The position numbers and the translations under genes were made by a program. From the NCBI GenBank assembly GCA_963707985.1, contig CAVPRW010000008.1, forward strand, positions 128,001 to 192,000: a stretch of 64,000 nt of DNA, read 5' to 3'. Of the stretch, positions 19,844-30,060 are shown piece by piece. Source of the DNA: an uncultured Nitrospinota bacterium (GTDB lineage Bacteria > Tectomicrobia > Entotheonellia > J063 > CAVPRW01). The stretch's first letter is position 1. Every line of letters begins with the position of its first letter. The notes beneath the pieces are model-generated. The model worked only from the letters and a program-made list of their open reading frames with translations. It was not told the DNA's origin and did no database searches.

Positions 19844-20600
19844 CAGGTGATCTTGCCACTCGCTTTTTGTGATCCTCTAGGCCTTCGATCCAGACACGGT
19901 GAAGGAGGCCACCAGGCTGGGCAAAGTGTTCAACCGTGTTGTGGAAAAAAGTCCCCTGTCCGTGATGGTGCGTGGCACGCTGGAACGCGTCCTGGGAGCG
20001 GACCACCTCCATGCCTGGTGTGCCCGGACCGCCCAGACGCCGTATACCCGCACCGTGTGGTTTGCGACCGTTGATGACAGTCTCAGCCACGTGGGTTTTC
20101 GGATCAAGCCCTCGGTGCGCGCGGCGTATCGGGACCACGAAGACCAGGTAGGAGCCGCGATCATCTCGCTCTAGAACCAACGCAATGGGATCGAGACGCA
20201 CCCCTCGGCGGCGTTGGTCCGCTCTCGTGCAGCGGCATGGCGACCGCTCATCGCCCAGCTCGACGGGAACCGCTCCTCCTGGGTGCCGGGGTATCAGGTG
20301 AACATTCTGGATGGCAACTGCATTGAAGCGAGTGCGCGACGCCTCAACGTGTGACGCGAGGTGCCGGCCGGCGCCTTGCTGGGGCAATCCTTGGTAGTCT
20401 CGGAGCCGGCACACGGCCTGGTGCGTGAGGTCGTTCCCGGTGAAGACGGCCAGGCTCAAGAGCGCTCGTGGCTGGGGCAGGTGCTGGAGACCGTGCACGC
20501 GAACGACCGCTGGATTCAGGACCGCAACTTCTGTCCCGGTGCCTTTCTGGGTACGATCGACCGCCGGGGCGCCGGGTTGAGCACCCGCCCGCATTGGGTG
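19844..20600 (+). mobile_element. IS4-family transposase remnant (left end and degraded N-terminal half)
   Basis: End-like sequence CAGGTGATCTTGCCAC. Translations include LGKVFNRVVEKSPLSVMVRGTLERVL, ILDGNCI, EDGQAQERS and WIQDRNFC, with internal stops. Confidence 0.75.
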
Positions 20601-21125
20601 GCCATCGGTTAAGATCATCAGGACGAACGCAGGGGTCGGTGGAGGCGGCGAACCACTGGGCCGAGGGCGGGCGCGGTCTTCCTGGAACCAGGAGGCCGTC
20701 GGTTTGCCGTAGCTCACGACCCCGCCCAAATTCGTTGTCCCCTGGTAACGTTCCGGGCGGACCAGTGCGCTCTGCAGCGTGCCGAAGAGAGCGGCAATCT
20801 CCTGCTCAAAGCCCACATTCCGGATGAGGCGCGTGACCCGGACGTGCTGCTCCGGGTCAGAGTCGACGGGCATCGTGTGAATCTCGTCGCCGCGTTGCGT
20901 GCGCCCCAACACCAACGCTGGCAGCATCTCATCACGGAAAATCGGGAAATGCTCTTTCGGCACCGTGGTAATATCCAGCGCCACGATCCACACAATCGCG
21001 GGGATGAGTGGGGGAAGCGTGGTCGTGGCGCTGATGTTCTGAGTTTCGCAGCCAAGCAAGGTGACAGCCAACCCGAGACTGCCCACGGTGCAGAGCAACG
21101 TACGTACGGCGTAGCTCGATCTCAT
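20601..21125 (-). pseudogene. Lipoprotein with a vWA-like domain, truncated at the IS4 remnant
   Basis: Lipobox LLGC and the motifs IVALDIT, TNLGG and VLMILTDG. The frame then runs into antisense transposase sequence. Confidence 0.6.
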
Positions 21126-21683
21126 CGTGTCTCTCCTGTGCGTGTACCACCACTTCCCGGCAAGAGGCGCCCGACCATACGATCGAGTCCCCGAGGGGTG
21201 ACATCACCACGGCATCCAACGCCGCGAGGGGGTAGACCACGGCGAGCACCGGAGCGTGCCACCAGCGCCCCGGCGGCTGAACGGCTACCAGGCGGTCTCA
21301 GCCGGCGCGGGCGGCGGAACCGGGGGCACAATGCGGGTGAGCGCCTCATTGGAGGGTGGTGGGGGTGGTGCCGCCCGGGCGGCATGGTCGAGCACATCGA
21401 GATAGGCCCTGGCTCGAGCGCTCAAAAAAACCCAAGATGTTTAGAGTCACAGCCCCCGCTGTGAGTAAAATGAGCAGGATCTCGGGCTCCATGGTGATCT
21501 CCTTCCCCAACAGAGAAAATGTTACCCACCTGAAAAAGTATGTGGTATACTCATGCAGAAAACACAGGAATTATCATGAATACAACACAATATCCAAGAA
21601 TTATGATACATACTATCTTAGTATGCACACTATTTTTTTATTGGACTAACATGATGCTCGCCTCAAAAAATGGAGACCTACGA

Positions 21684-22205
21684 GTGGCAAGCTACGGAGC
21701 GATGATCCGCCAATGGCGGAGCAGACAACAGTGGTCACAACGGACTCTTGCGGAAGCTATAGGAGTGACCAGCGGCTACGTGGCCCTGCTTGAGAATGAG
21801 TCAAAAATACCCTCATTAGATTTGTGTTTATCGATAATTCTAACATTTCAGCTGACGCCTCGGGAACACCAAGGATTTCTCGAGGCCATTGAACGGGCGC
21901 GTCGGCAGGAAACCAATAAACGTGCGAGTACGCGTAGTGCTGTGGTACGCGATATGTTGGAGGCCCGTGGTTCCTCGACACCGTCGCCTCCTGAACCGCC
22001 CACATCACAGCCGCCTTCACCAGCAATGAGCGTGGAGGAGATCGCCCGTGCAATAGCCAGCGACGATGTATTGCGAGCCGCCTTCCGTGATCTGCAAGTC
22101 GCTCTTGATGCCCAAGAGACCCGCCAAACCGTGCTCGACACATTGCGGCTCTTCGCAGAAAGAGCACGGACGCGCATAGACACAGAAGGTGGGGTGGAGT
22201 CATAG
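21684..22205 (+). CDS. XRE-family HTH transcriptional regulator
   Basis: YGAMIRQWRSRQQWSQRTLAEAIGVTSGYVALLENESKIPS; GTG start after GGAGA. Confidence 0.85.
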   Translation: MASYGAMIRQWRSRQQWSQRTLAEAIGVTSGYVALLENESKIPSLDLCLSIILTFQLTPREHQGFLEAIERARRQETNKRASTRSAVVRDMLEARGSSTPSPPEPPTSQPPSPAMSVEEIARAIASDDVLRAAFRDLQVALDAQETRQTVLDTLRLFAERARTRIDTEGGVES

Positions 22206-22499
22206 CGACATCAAGGCGCGCAGCGCCGTCAAAGCTCTGGGACAGTGTAGGGGTCACCTCACGAAACGAACTTTAAAGTACGCTAACGAAGAGCGTGCCG
22301 TGCCAGACAAGCATTTGCGACTAGAGGCAGTAGAAGTCTATCCAGTTGAGGTACGCTTCAACTGGACGTCAGGACGCAGTACAAAACGCGTCAGAATAGG
22401 GCCGAATTTGGCTTTTTCTGACGGTCTATCAGCCAATCCATAGACTTCAAGCTGACAGGATTCGCTGCTAGCGTACGATTCTTTCCGTTTCGTGAGGCG

Positions 22500-22849
22500 A
22501 TCGCCTATACGCAGATTTGCAAAATAAGGGCGTACGCTGCTGGTTTGCCCCACACGATATCCAGCTGCTAATCCTCTCATCCCACAGCATGACGAGTGAG
22601 TGGGTGAAAACCGAGATTGCAACGGCTAGGCAGCATGAGGTACAGGAACAACGGCAGATCCTATTCCCTGTACGCCTGGTCTCATTCGACGCCATACGCG
22701 ATTGGAAATACTTTGATGGGGATATAGGGAAAGATTCGGCGCGTGAGATTCGCGAATATTTCATCCCCGACTTTCGCAATTGGAAGGACTATGATGCGTA
22801 TCAGTTGGCATTTCAGCGACTACTCCAGGACCTGAAGGCGAATATTTGA
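22500..22849 (+). pseudogene. TIR (TIR_2) domain remnant with an internal deletion
   Basis: RLYADLQNKGVRCWFAPHDIQ is joined directly to LLILSSHSMTSEWVKTEI, followed by AREIREYFIPDFRNWKD. The N-terminus is missing. Confidence 0.75.
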
Positions 22850-22920
22850 CAGACGCCCGGAAGGGAAACATCAGCGGCCGTCGGTTTTCGAGGGGCGATT
22901 GAGCCCGTCAGGAGGGACAC

Positions 22921-23181
22921 ATGGAGCAGCAAGAGGCCTTCGACTTCCCGGATGAACCCAGAGGCCCACCCAGCACCGAACCGACGCGGCCGGGAGGGGT
23001 GACGTCGGAGGGGACCAGTATGTGCCATTACTGCGGTGAGCGCATGCCGTCGTCGCTGCTCGAGAGCACTCCTGCCGTCGGTGATGATCAGCGGTGGGCC
23101 ATGATCACGCCTTATCACAACTTTGGCTGTCGCTGGATCGAGAGCCGCGGTCTGCGGCTCGACGAAGGGAGTACGCCATGA
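22921..23181 (+). CDS. Small hypothetical protein with CxxC...HxxxC (possible Zn site)
   Basis: AGGAGG RBS; CHYC and HNFGC; ATGA coupling to the next ORF. Confidence 0.55.
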   Translation: MEQQEAFDFPDEPRGPPSTEPTRPGGVTSEGTSMCHYCGERMPSSLLESTPAVGDDQRWAMITPYHNFGCRWIESRGLRLDEGSTP

Positions 23182-23432
23182 TGCGTTGGTGGATCGGTGT
23201 GTGTCTAGGCCTCGTGTTGTGCACCGTGAGCCCGAGCTCCGCAGATGGCCGACGGGGCTCGCCATTCCCACCGGACGAGCATTGGGAGGGCTATCGCACG
23301 TGGAAGCCCGATCGATCGATGCGGCAGGGGCTGGTCTTCCCCGATCGCTTCACCATCGACAAGCCCGGAAAATGCGAGGTGATTTGTGAGCGGGTTGGCC
23401 GCCAGTATCGCTGTCGCGAATATCGCTGCTAA
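23178..23432 (+). CDS. Small secreted protein with a Cys-rich C-terminus
   Basis: Signal peptide MMRWWIGVCLGLVLCTVSPSSA; ends CEVICERVGRQYRCREYRC. Confidence 0.55.
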   Translation: MMRWWIGVCLGLVLCTVSPSSADGRRGSPFPPDEHWEGYRTWKPDRSMRQGLVFPDRFTIDKPGKCEVICERVGRQYRCREYRC

Positions 23433-23579
23433 GCGATCGCACCGACCTGTCTATTGCGCAGATTCGAGAGGCAGCTCCACAAGATTCTTGGCGATCTTGT
23501 GAAGCCCAAACAACCGCACAAGTGAGCGAGTCTGGGGCTGCCCTTCAGGCAAAGCCCCCAGCGAGCGACGACAGTACGG

Positions 23580-23757
23580 CGGGGGAACGATGGGGGACCG
23601 CCCGAACGATTCCTCTATGAGATATCACGCTCATCGCTTCGGGGGAACGGCGGGGCCTCAACAGGGGCTCTACGGGGGAACGTCGAGACGCACGGGGGAC
23701 CATCTATTTCATTGATAACGAAGGGCGATATGCGAAGGGGAGGGGCCACGGGGGAAC
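23580..23757 (+). repeat. Cluster of CGGGGGAAC direct repeats (iteron-like)
   Basis: Exact copies at 23580, 23640, 23673 and 23749; GGGGGACC variants at 23592 and 23694. Confidence 0.55.
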
Positions 23758-23948
23758 TCCCCTGCTTTATCCTGCATATCGTCTTTACCGACATCCGACA
23801 GTGTGTCGTCTGAGTATCTCGTTCTGGCTGTGCCCATCGCCTCGTGGGCGAGTGTCGTGTTCGTCCACAGGCGTTGGGTGCAGCCGTCGACCACGGAAGG
23901 CGGAGCCCGATGGTCATTGATCGGGAGCAGCCATGAAGGACACACCTG

Positions 23949-24176
23949 ATGAATGCTGAGCCGACCGAGCCACCGTTGAACCGCACCCTGTTACAGCTTC
24001 GCATCGCGTTAGCCAATGCCTTAACGGTGACGGATGCCATCCGCCACCTTGGACCGAAGGGAGATGATCTCTTGCCGCACCTCTACACCGAACTCGCGAC
24101 GTTGCACCGTGTAGAGCAGCGTACCCGCACGGTGTTAAGGCGGTATCTTCCACCTGAAGGAGCTTGTCATGAGTAA
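23949..24176 (+). CDS. Small hypothetical helical protein
   Basis: GAAGGA RBS, 75 aa; overlaps a following degraded ORF. Confidence 0.5.
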   Translation: MNAEPTEPPLNRTLLQLRIALANALTVTDAIRHLGPKGDDLLPHLYTELATLHRVEQRTRTVLRRYLPPEGACHE

Positions 24177-24339
24177 AGTGACGCCGGTACGCATGCAGCG
24201 AGGGGATATCCCCAACGTCACCAGCTACTAGGAGGTGATATACGACCTTAGTCGCTTTCCGGCGAATCGTGACCATCCCTCATGCCGGTCGACCCCGATC
24301 TGCCACGTAACCGCCACTAACTCAGGTCACCATACCACC

Positions 24340-24450
24340 TGCCGTCCCAGCCTCACCGATACAGTCTCTGACGGCGCGCGTCACGCACATCCTTGATGGA
24401 GATACCATCGATGTAGAACTCCAGCCGTGGCGTGAACGGGTACAGGTGGA
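24340..24450 (+). pseudogene. Thermonuclease (SNase) fragment
   Basis: Translates to ARVTHILDGDTIDVEL...RERVQ, the DGDT motif. Confidence 0.6.
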
Positions 24451-24563
24451 TGAGCGTCCATAGGGCTCTGACCTTACCACCTGGAGCCGTGTGCGACAAG
24501 GACTTTTTGCCTCAACCACGTGAACGGTTACGCCATTTTTTACTGTAATGTCGAATTGGAGAG

Positions 24564-25487
24564 CTATGGCTCATCCGTTGCCTTATCTACAGTAGGCGGG
24601 GTGCTGTACCCCAGTCGGAATATGTAAGTCCTCTTGAGAGGAGTGAAAAAGCTAGGGGGAAGCCGGCCCCAAGCTCCGGCCATCAATGGCGCGCGCGCGA
24701 ATGTTTGCGCGAATACCTCGATCAGCTCTCCCCGGAGCTGAGGAGCCGGGACAGGCGTGATGTGGTGAGGAGGCATCTCATCATAGGTACGGCCATCGAG
24801 CTGCCTGCCTGTCTGGCGCTTGTGCACACCACCCCATTGTTTGAAGAAAAACGAGATGTGGGCTTGTATGCACTGGTCGCGGATGGAGGCAACCCACGAT
24901 GGGTGTAGTGGTCGAGCTCCAGGCCCGCTCTCCCCTCCGACGATTACCCAACTGATCCCTGCAAGATCTAATGCGCCGAGCTCCTCAAGAAGCGGCTCAA
25001 TGGAAAGAAATCGTACCGCCGCAGAAGTGGCGCGCAAATGCTCTACACGGCATATTCCGTATTGTCTGTCCTCAACGCTCACACCCCACCAGATATGGGG
25101 TTCATCCGCAAAGATACGCAATGGACCATTGAGCAGGTCACGCATCCGTTCGGAGCGCTTCGTCAGAACCTGGAAGGTGTGCCAATTCGCTAATTTCATG
25201 ACCTGCGCTACGGCTAGAATATAGCTGTCCGGAACCTCTTCATGGAAGAGATCACTCATCGAGTTGACAAACACCCGTTTGGGTGTGGTCCAACGGAGCG
25301 GATCTGCAAGCTTGTCAGGGACAAGGCGCAAGTCGAATCCCTGTTCATAGGGGTGCCCGGGCACCCCACGAAACCGCTCAGCGAAGCTTTCGGCGTAACA
25401 ATGCTTGCAGCCGGGACTAATCTTGGTACAGCCGCGGACGGGGTTCCATGTGGCGTCTGTCCATTCGATTTTTGAGTATGCGCTCAT
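24564..25487 (-). CDS. DUF5131 (phage Gp37/Gp68) family protein
   Basis: SKIEWTDATWNPVRGCTKISPGCKHCYAE, FVNSMSDLFH, FLSIEPLL, WVIVGGESG and FFFKQWGG motifs. Confidence 0.92.
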   Translation of the reverse strand: MSAYSKIEWTDATWNPVRGCTKISPGCKHCYAESFAERFRGVPGHPYEQGFDLRLVPDKLADPLRWTTPKRVFVNSMSDLFHEEVPDSYILAVAQVMKLANWHTFQVLTKRSERMRDLLNGPLRIFADEPHIWWGVSVEDRQYGICRVEHLRATSAAVRFLSIEPLLEELGALDLAGISWVIVGGESGPGARPLHPSWVASIRDQCIQAHISFFFKQWGGVHKRQTGRQLDGRTYDEMPPHHITPVPAPQLRGELIEVFAQTFARAPLMAGAWGRLPPSFFTPLKRTYIFRLGYSTPPTVDKATDEP

Positions 25488-25560
25488 AAAGATTCCCCGT
25501 TCCCTCGGGACCGTCGAAGCGCTGTCCGCGTCTGCTCAAGACCGTGGATGCACAAGAGTC

Positions 25561-26595
25561 GTGGCAGCCCTATTCGGGGTCGCTGCGTTTATTTGCCAAA
25601 TTTTACGCACATCGCGCTTTACCAGAGGTCAACGGAGAAGGTATCCATTTCTTACAAAACTCGATGGAAAACAAGTGTACCTAACCGGTGCAACTATTAT
25701 TTTTGGAATACTTGCCTATGGCTCTAGCATGGTTAAAGACTTCTTCAGTATTACTCCTACGGCGGTGTCAGTTCCTGGGCCACAGGGGGAATCCATACAA
25801 AAGGCAACTCTCACCGGATTCGAAAAAGAGCTAGCGGACGCTGCAACTGAACACGCAAGCGAAGCAAAGAATTACTTTAAAGCCGCTGAACACGATTTTG
25901 AAGCGAGGCGCTATCGAGATGCCGCGAAAAATGATCAAAAGTCAATCGGGGCACTTCCCACGAGCTCGGCTTACCTGAACCTCGGTGCTTCGCTGTTTTA
26001 TGTTTCGGATTTGCGCCAAGCTGAGGGTGCCATCCATACTGGGCTGCAATTGACCCGCAAGAAGCGCAACAAGGTCCTCGAAGAATCCTTCCTCACCAAC
26101 CTTGGCGACGTCTATCGTCTCCAAGGCAAACTGGATGGAGGATTGAAATGTCACCAAGCAGCACTCGAACTGTCCGCTCGGATTGAATATCCACGAGACC
26201 AAGGCCACGCCTTCGGTGGAATTGGTGACATCTATCTGGAACAGCAACGCCTAGATGAGGCGCTCAAGTCCTACCAGGCTGCACAGAAACTCTATGAGAA
26301 GATGGCTCACTCGCGGGGTCGGTCCAAAGTCCTCACAGCTATCGGCATCATTCACGCGGACCGGGGGCAGCGAGCGGAAGCCCATGCTGCCTATATCTAA
26401 GTTCTGCCGATTGACAAACAGATCGGTAATCGTCTTGCGGAGGCCACCATACTCTTTACCATCGGTCAACTGCATGCAGATAACAATCCCAAGGTGGCCA
26501 GAGATTTTTTCTATCAGGCTTCAGAAACGTTTAAAGCGATCGGCCTGGAGGAACAAGCAAGGGTCGCCTTCGAAAAGCTCAGCAACCTTCCCTAA
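25561..26595 (+). pseudogene. Membrane-anchored tetratricopeptide-repeat protein with a premature TAA at 26398
   Basis: TPR repeats (AYLNLG, LTNLGDVY, GIGDIY). The frame continues past the stop with another TPR to 26595. Start uncertain. Confidence 0.7.
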
Positions 26596-27273
26596 TAGTG
26601 GTGCACCATCCTTGTTACAGTCCGGGTATGCAGACCCCTCTTTCCATATTTCCTTTGCTTATCCTTGTCCTAGTCGGCCTTCCTCTCAAAAATCCCCTTA
26701 AGGCTCGATTCACGATCTCGGTGAAATCTTCAGCTCTTCAAGTCCCCCACCCTCTTCTCATGCTCCAGCAACACCGCCACGAGAACCTCCTCAAACCTCT
26801 CCGCCCGCCCAAGCTGAATCTCGGCCTGTAGCTGCTGCACCGCACATGCAAACAGCCGATCAAACGCTTCTTGATCCTGATCCTTTTTTGCCACCACGTG
26901 CCTGTACCAAGCTCATCCTCGCTCGTGATGATGCCCCAGCCAACTCAAGAGCACCTGCTCCCACTGTTCCTGAGGACAGGTGAGTAGGTATATCATGGAG
27001 TCCGGTATGCCATAAAGCGCCCGCCACGCTCGCTCCAAAACCTTCTGGTCCTGTTGAAACGTCTGCCAGCCACCCAAATAGTCGAGCGTCGATCCCTGCC
27101 GCTCGGCGGCTTCAACTTGTTGGGTGCAGCCCGCGTCACAAGATCCTTTACACCGGTGCGCATGGAAGCCAACCTTATCCCGCAAACATGGCCACGATCT
27201 TGTTTACATCGGTGGGAAATTGCCCCGACTCATGAGGGCTCGCCCAGTACCGTGACACCGAGTATTGCACACC

Positions 27274-27351
27274 GCCTAACGAATCAAGCTGAGCCGACGC
27301 CAACAGGCCGCGAAGCGGGCTGTTGGCGTCGGCTCCAGCGCCTTGTTGGGC
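27274..27351 (-). mobile_element. Integron attC site (78 bp)
   Basis: On the minus strand: R'' GCCCAAC, L'' GCTGGAGC with an extrahelical G, a 12-bp stem CGACGCCAACAG/CTGTTGGCGTCG, L' GCTCAGC and R' GTTAGGC. Starts 7 bp after a stop codon. Confidence 0.85.
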
Positions 27352-27358
27352 ACGTTTA

Positions 27359-27729
27359 CTATGAGAAAATAAGCGGCAAAGCCGGCCTAAAGTCGCTTTT
27401 ATGCCTCTGGAGTTCTTCACCAAAACCGATTTCCATCAAGTATTCGTTTCCTGGACGTACTCGAAGAAGGCCGGCGTTTGCCACAGCCTTGAGCTCCAAA
27501 GAAATATTGTCCGCATGTGGGCTGGAGATCTCCACTCGCGTGACCTCGCGCAATCCAGCGGCATGCCTTAGCTACTCGGGTTTAACGGCGGGATGCAAAT
27601 CCGGTCTCCGTCCGAACGCAAGATAAAACAGCATCGGTTCGGCAAGCACAGCGACATTCATCGCAATATCGATGCACAATGGCTCAGGCAAATATGTCGG
27701 GCGATATTTCCAAGAGCGAAAGGGGGGAT
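27359..27729 (-). pseudogene. 3' fragment of a glyoxalase-like/VOC-family cassette gene
   Basis: PPFRSWKYRPTYLP...EPMLFYLAFGRR...EYLMEIGF...DFRPALPLIFS with one internal TAG; directly precedes attC. Confidence 0.55.
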
Positions 27730-27768
27730 GGCTTCCCGGTAGTAAACGAGAAATAATGGAACATGTTT

Positions 27769-28705
27769 GAATGGCATTAAGTTAATCCATATTGGTTATT
27801 GGCTAATGACGTTAACGCGACGGCCTGCCGCGTGATTGCACTTCAAGAGGTACTGATTTCCGTATAGAATCGGACACGCTGCGCTCGTCACGATAGGAGA
27901 TGGGGAATGCCAACGGTGACCAGGATCGTCAAACAGTTTCAACAGGAGTGGACCCGTCAGCTCGACCGGAAGCTATCCGCCGAGCGTGCCTTGACCTCGC
28001 CTATCAATGGCGACGGCGCATGATTGATCAGCGCAGAAACGATGAGCTCTTTGGTCCGTCCACGGTCTTCACTGCAGTACGGCGAGTACCCATCTGCGCC
28101 GTTTCACCCAGTGGGCCGTGACGGCTTCGGCGTATTGCCAGGCCGTAGGAAGCTGCAACTGCGCGGTGTTCAGCAGATGCGGGGGTATCGGGCATCGAAA
28201 AACTTCGAGCCATCGACCCAAAAGGTGCGATGACCCAACCAGCGGCCCTCGTCCAGCGGCTCGTGTTGTAGGCGATCGCTGAGCCCCCGCAGCAACCGCT
28301 GAAATACGCGCAGAGGCAGCTTCATACGGGCCTGACAATATGCCGAAGCCGTCACGGCCAACTTCGCCAGATGTCGCAGATGCGTACAGGCGGTATTGCC
28401 ATGAAGAATCTGGACGAAAAAGAGCTGCATCGTCACCACCGGATCGAGCAGACGCTGTCGCCACAGATAGCCGATATCGCGGCAGGCGCTGCGGATGGCA
28501 TCGGGCTCAAGCTGACGGGTCCAATCTTGCTGAAACTGTTTGACCACATGACTGACGGTTGCCGGCATCGATGATCTCCTATATGGGGATGAAGGGGTGC
28601 CTTACTCCTATAGGAAATCGGAGCCGAATGGAAGACGAATCGTGATGACAACAGCGCAGCGAATGCCAATAGAAACCCCCTTTTATGACTAACTTAATGC
28701 CATTC
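27769..28705. mobile_element. Hybrid IS4-family element made of two inverted transposase 5' ends
   Basis: 16-bp terminal IR GAATGGCATTAAGTTA / TAACTTAATGCCATTC and 10-bp flanking direct repeat GAACATGTTT. Plus strand reads MPTVTRIVKQFQQEWTRQL; minus strand reads MPATVSHVVKQFQQDWTRQL...FWVDGS. Confidence 0.85.
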
Positions 28706-29031
28706 GAACATGTTTCATTATTTCTCCATCACTACCGGGAAGCCAACCGCGCGAGAGGAAGCAAACCACGCCAACACCTCCTGAAGTCTTCATCTGAAGT
28801 GGCCCCTATTCCCGCGAATCCTTGCCATCCCCTCATGACCGCGGGAGACGCGATGAAACGCTCCCGTGCTGTCCATCCAACCATACCCTACCTTTTGATA
28901 TTGCTTATGAGCATTTTTGTGGTATACTAATTGTAGTATATATGAATTACGTATAACTGTACGTGTGTACATCTCAGGAGAAACGTGCTGCAGATCATCT
29001 CGCCAACCCCTGTCACTTGGAGGATACACCC

Positions 29032-29665
29032 ATGATCTATGAAGTTCGCACCTATACCCTGCGACCTGGGACCGTGGCCGAATTCGAGGAGCGCTTTGCC
29101 AAACGGCTGCTCCTTGCGAGAGACAACACTCGAAACTCGGGGCCTTCTGGCACACCGAGGTCGGTCCACTCAATCAGGTCATCCACGTCTATCCCTATGA
29201 CGACCTGCAGCAGCGCACGGCCGTACGCGCCGCGCTGGCGAAAGATACCGCTCGGCAGCAGATCCCCGGCGGGAGGGAGTTTGTCGTCGCGCAGGAGGCC
29301 GAGATCATGACTCCGGCGCCGTTTATGCACGCGTTGGGCAGCCGGGACTATGGCACGGGGAACGTGTATGAAATGCGGACATATACCTTTGCCTCCGGGC
29401 GACATCGCCAAGGTGCTGGACGGGTGGGGCAAAGCCATTGAGGCGCGGGAGCAGTTCTCGCCCTCTGGCGGCCTGCTGGACCAGCGAGCTCGGCGGGCTG
29501 AACCAGTTCGTCCACACTTGGGTGTACAAGGACCTCACCGAGCGCGCCCGCGTCCGTGAAGAATCCCGCAAGCCAGGCGGCCAGTGGCCGCCCCAGACCG
29601 GCGTGCGGCCGATCCGGCAGGAAAACAAGCTGCTGATGCCGGCGGCTTTCTCACCCGTGCGGTAG
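29032..29665 (+). pseudogene. Two-domain NIPSNAP-family protein, frameshifted
   Basis: MIYEVRTYTLRPG, GAFWHTEVGPLNQVIHVY and WTSELGGLNQFVHTWVY...PAAFSPVR occur in different frames. Confidence 0.8.
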
Positions 29666-29967
29666 TCGTGCCTGGTGACGATTCCGCGGTGCTGCGCCAC
29701 ATCCCCAGCGATCCCGGCATCCGCATGGCCATCATGATGCTGTCCAGAGACAGGGAGCAGTGACCGAGGCGGGGACCCGGCTCCGGTGAAGCGATGGGGA
29801 TATCTCTCAGATGCGCAGTCGCTGATGTCTCGTGACTCATGGTGAGAAATCTAGAGGAAGGACTCTCACGTTGAACCGCCTGCCTGGTCCAGCCCGGTGG
29901 CGTCCGTGCATCCCTGACGTGATGTCCCGGCGACCCCGGCACGCCTTGAGCGCACGCCGTCATGGTC

Positions 29968-29982
29968 TGGCATGCCGATTGT
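29968..29982 (+). promoter_or_regulatory. Sigma54-like -24/-12 promoter (variant)
   Basis: TGGCAT-GCCGA-TTGT, about 80 bp upstream of the ATG at 30061. Confidence 0.45.
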
Positions 29983-30060
29983 TCACGCAGATGTGTATCG
30001 GGGACGCTCCTCACCCGCGTGCCGTCGTCACGGCGGTACGCTGACACGGAGGGACAGACC

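Noticed and set aside
19827..21125. 432-aa minus-strand ORF as a single gene
   Set aside because: Only about the first 175 aa look like a lipoprotein; the rest is antisense read-through of the IS4 remnant.
23580..23757. CRISPR array
   Set aside because: Repeats are 9 bp with irregular spacing and there are no cas genes; no CRISPR array was seen anywhere in the window.
26398..26400. Programmed stop read-through or recoding at in-frame stops (TPR TAA; TAG in kinase, gvp and VOC fragments)
   Set aside because: Stops are of mixed types and occur in genes with other lesions, so ordinary nonsense mutations are the simpler explanation.
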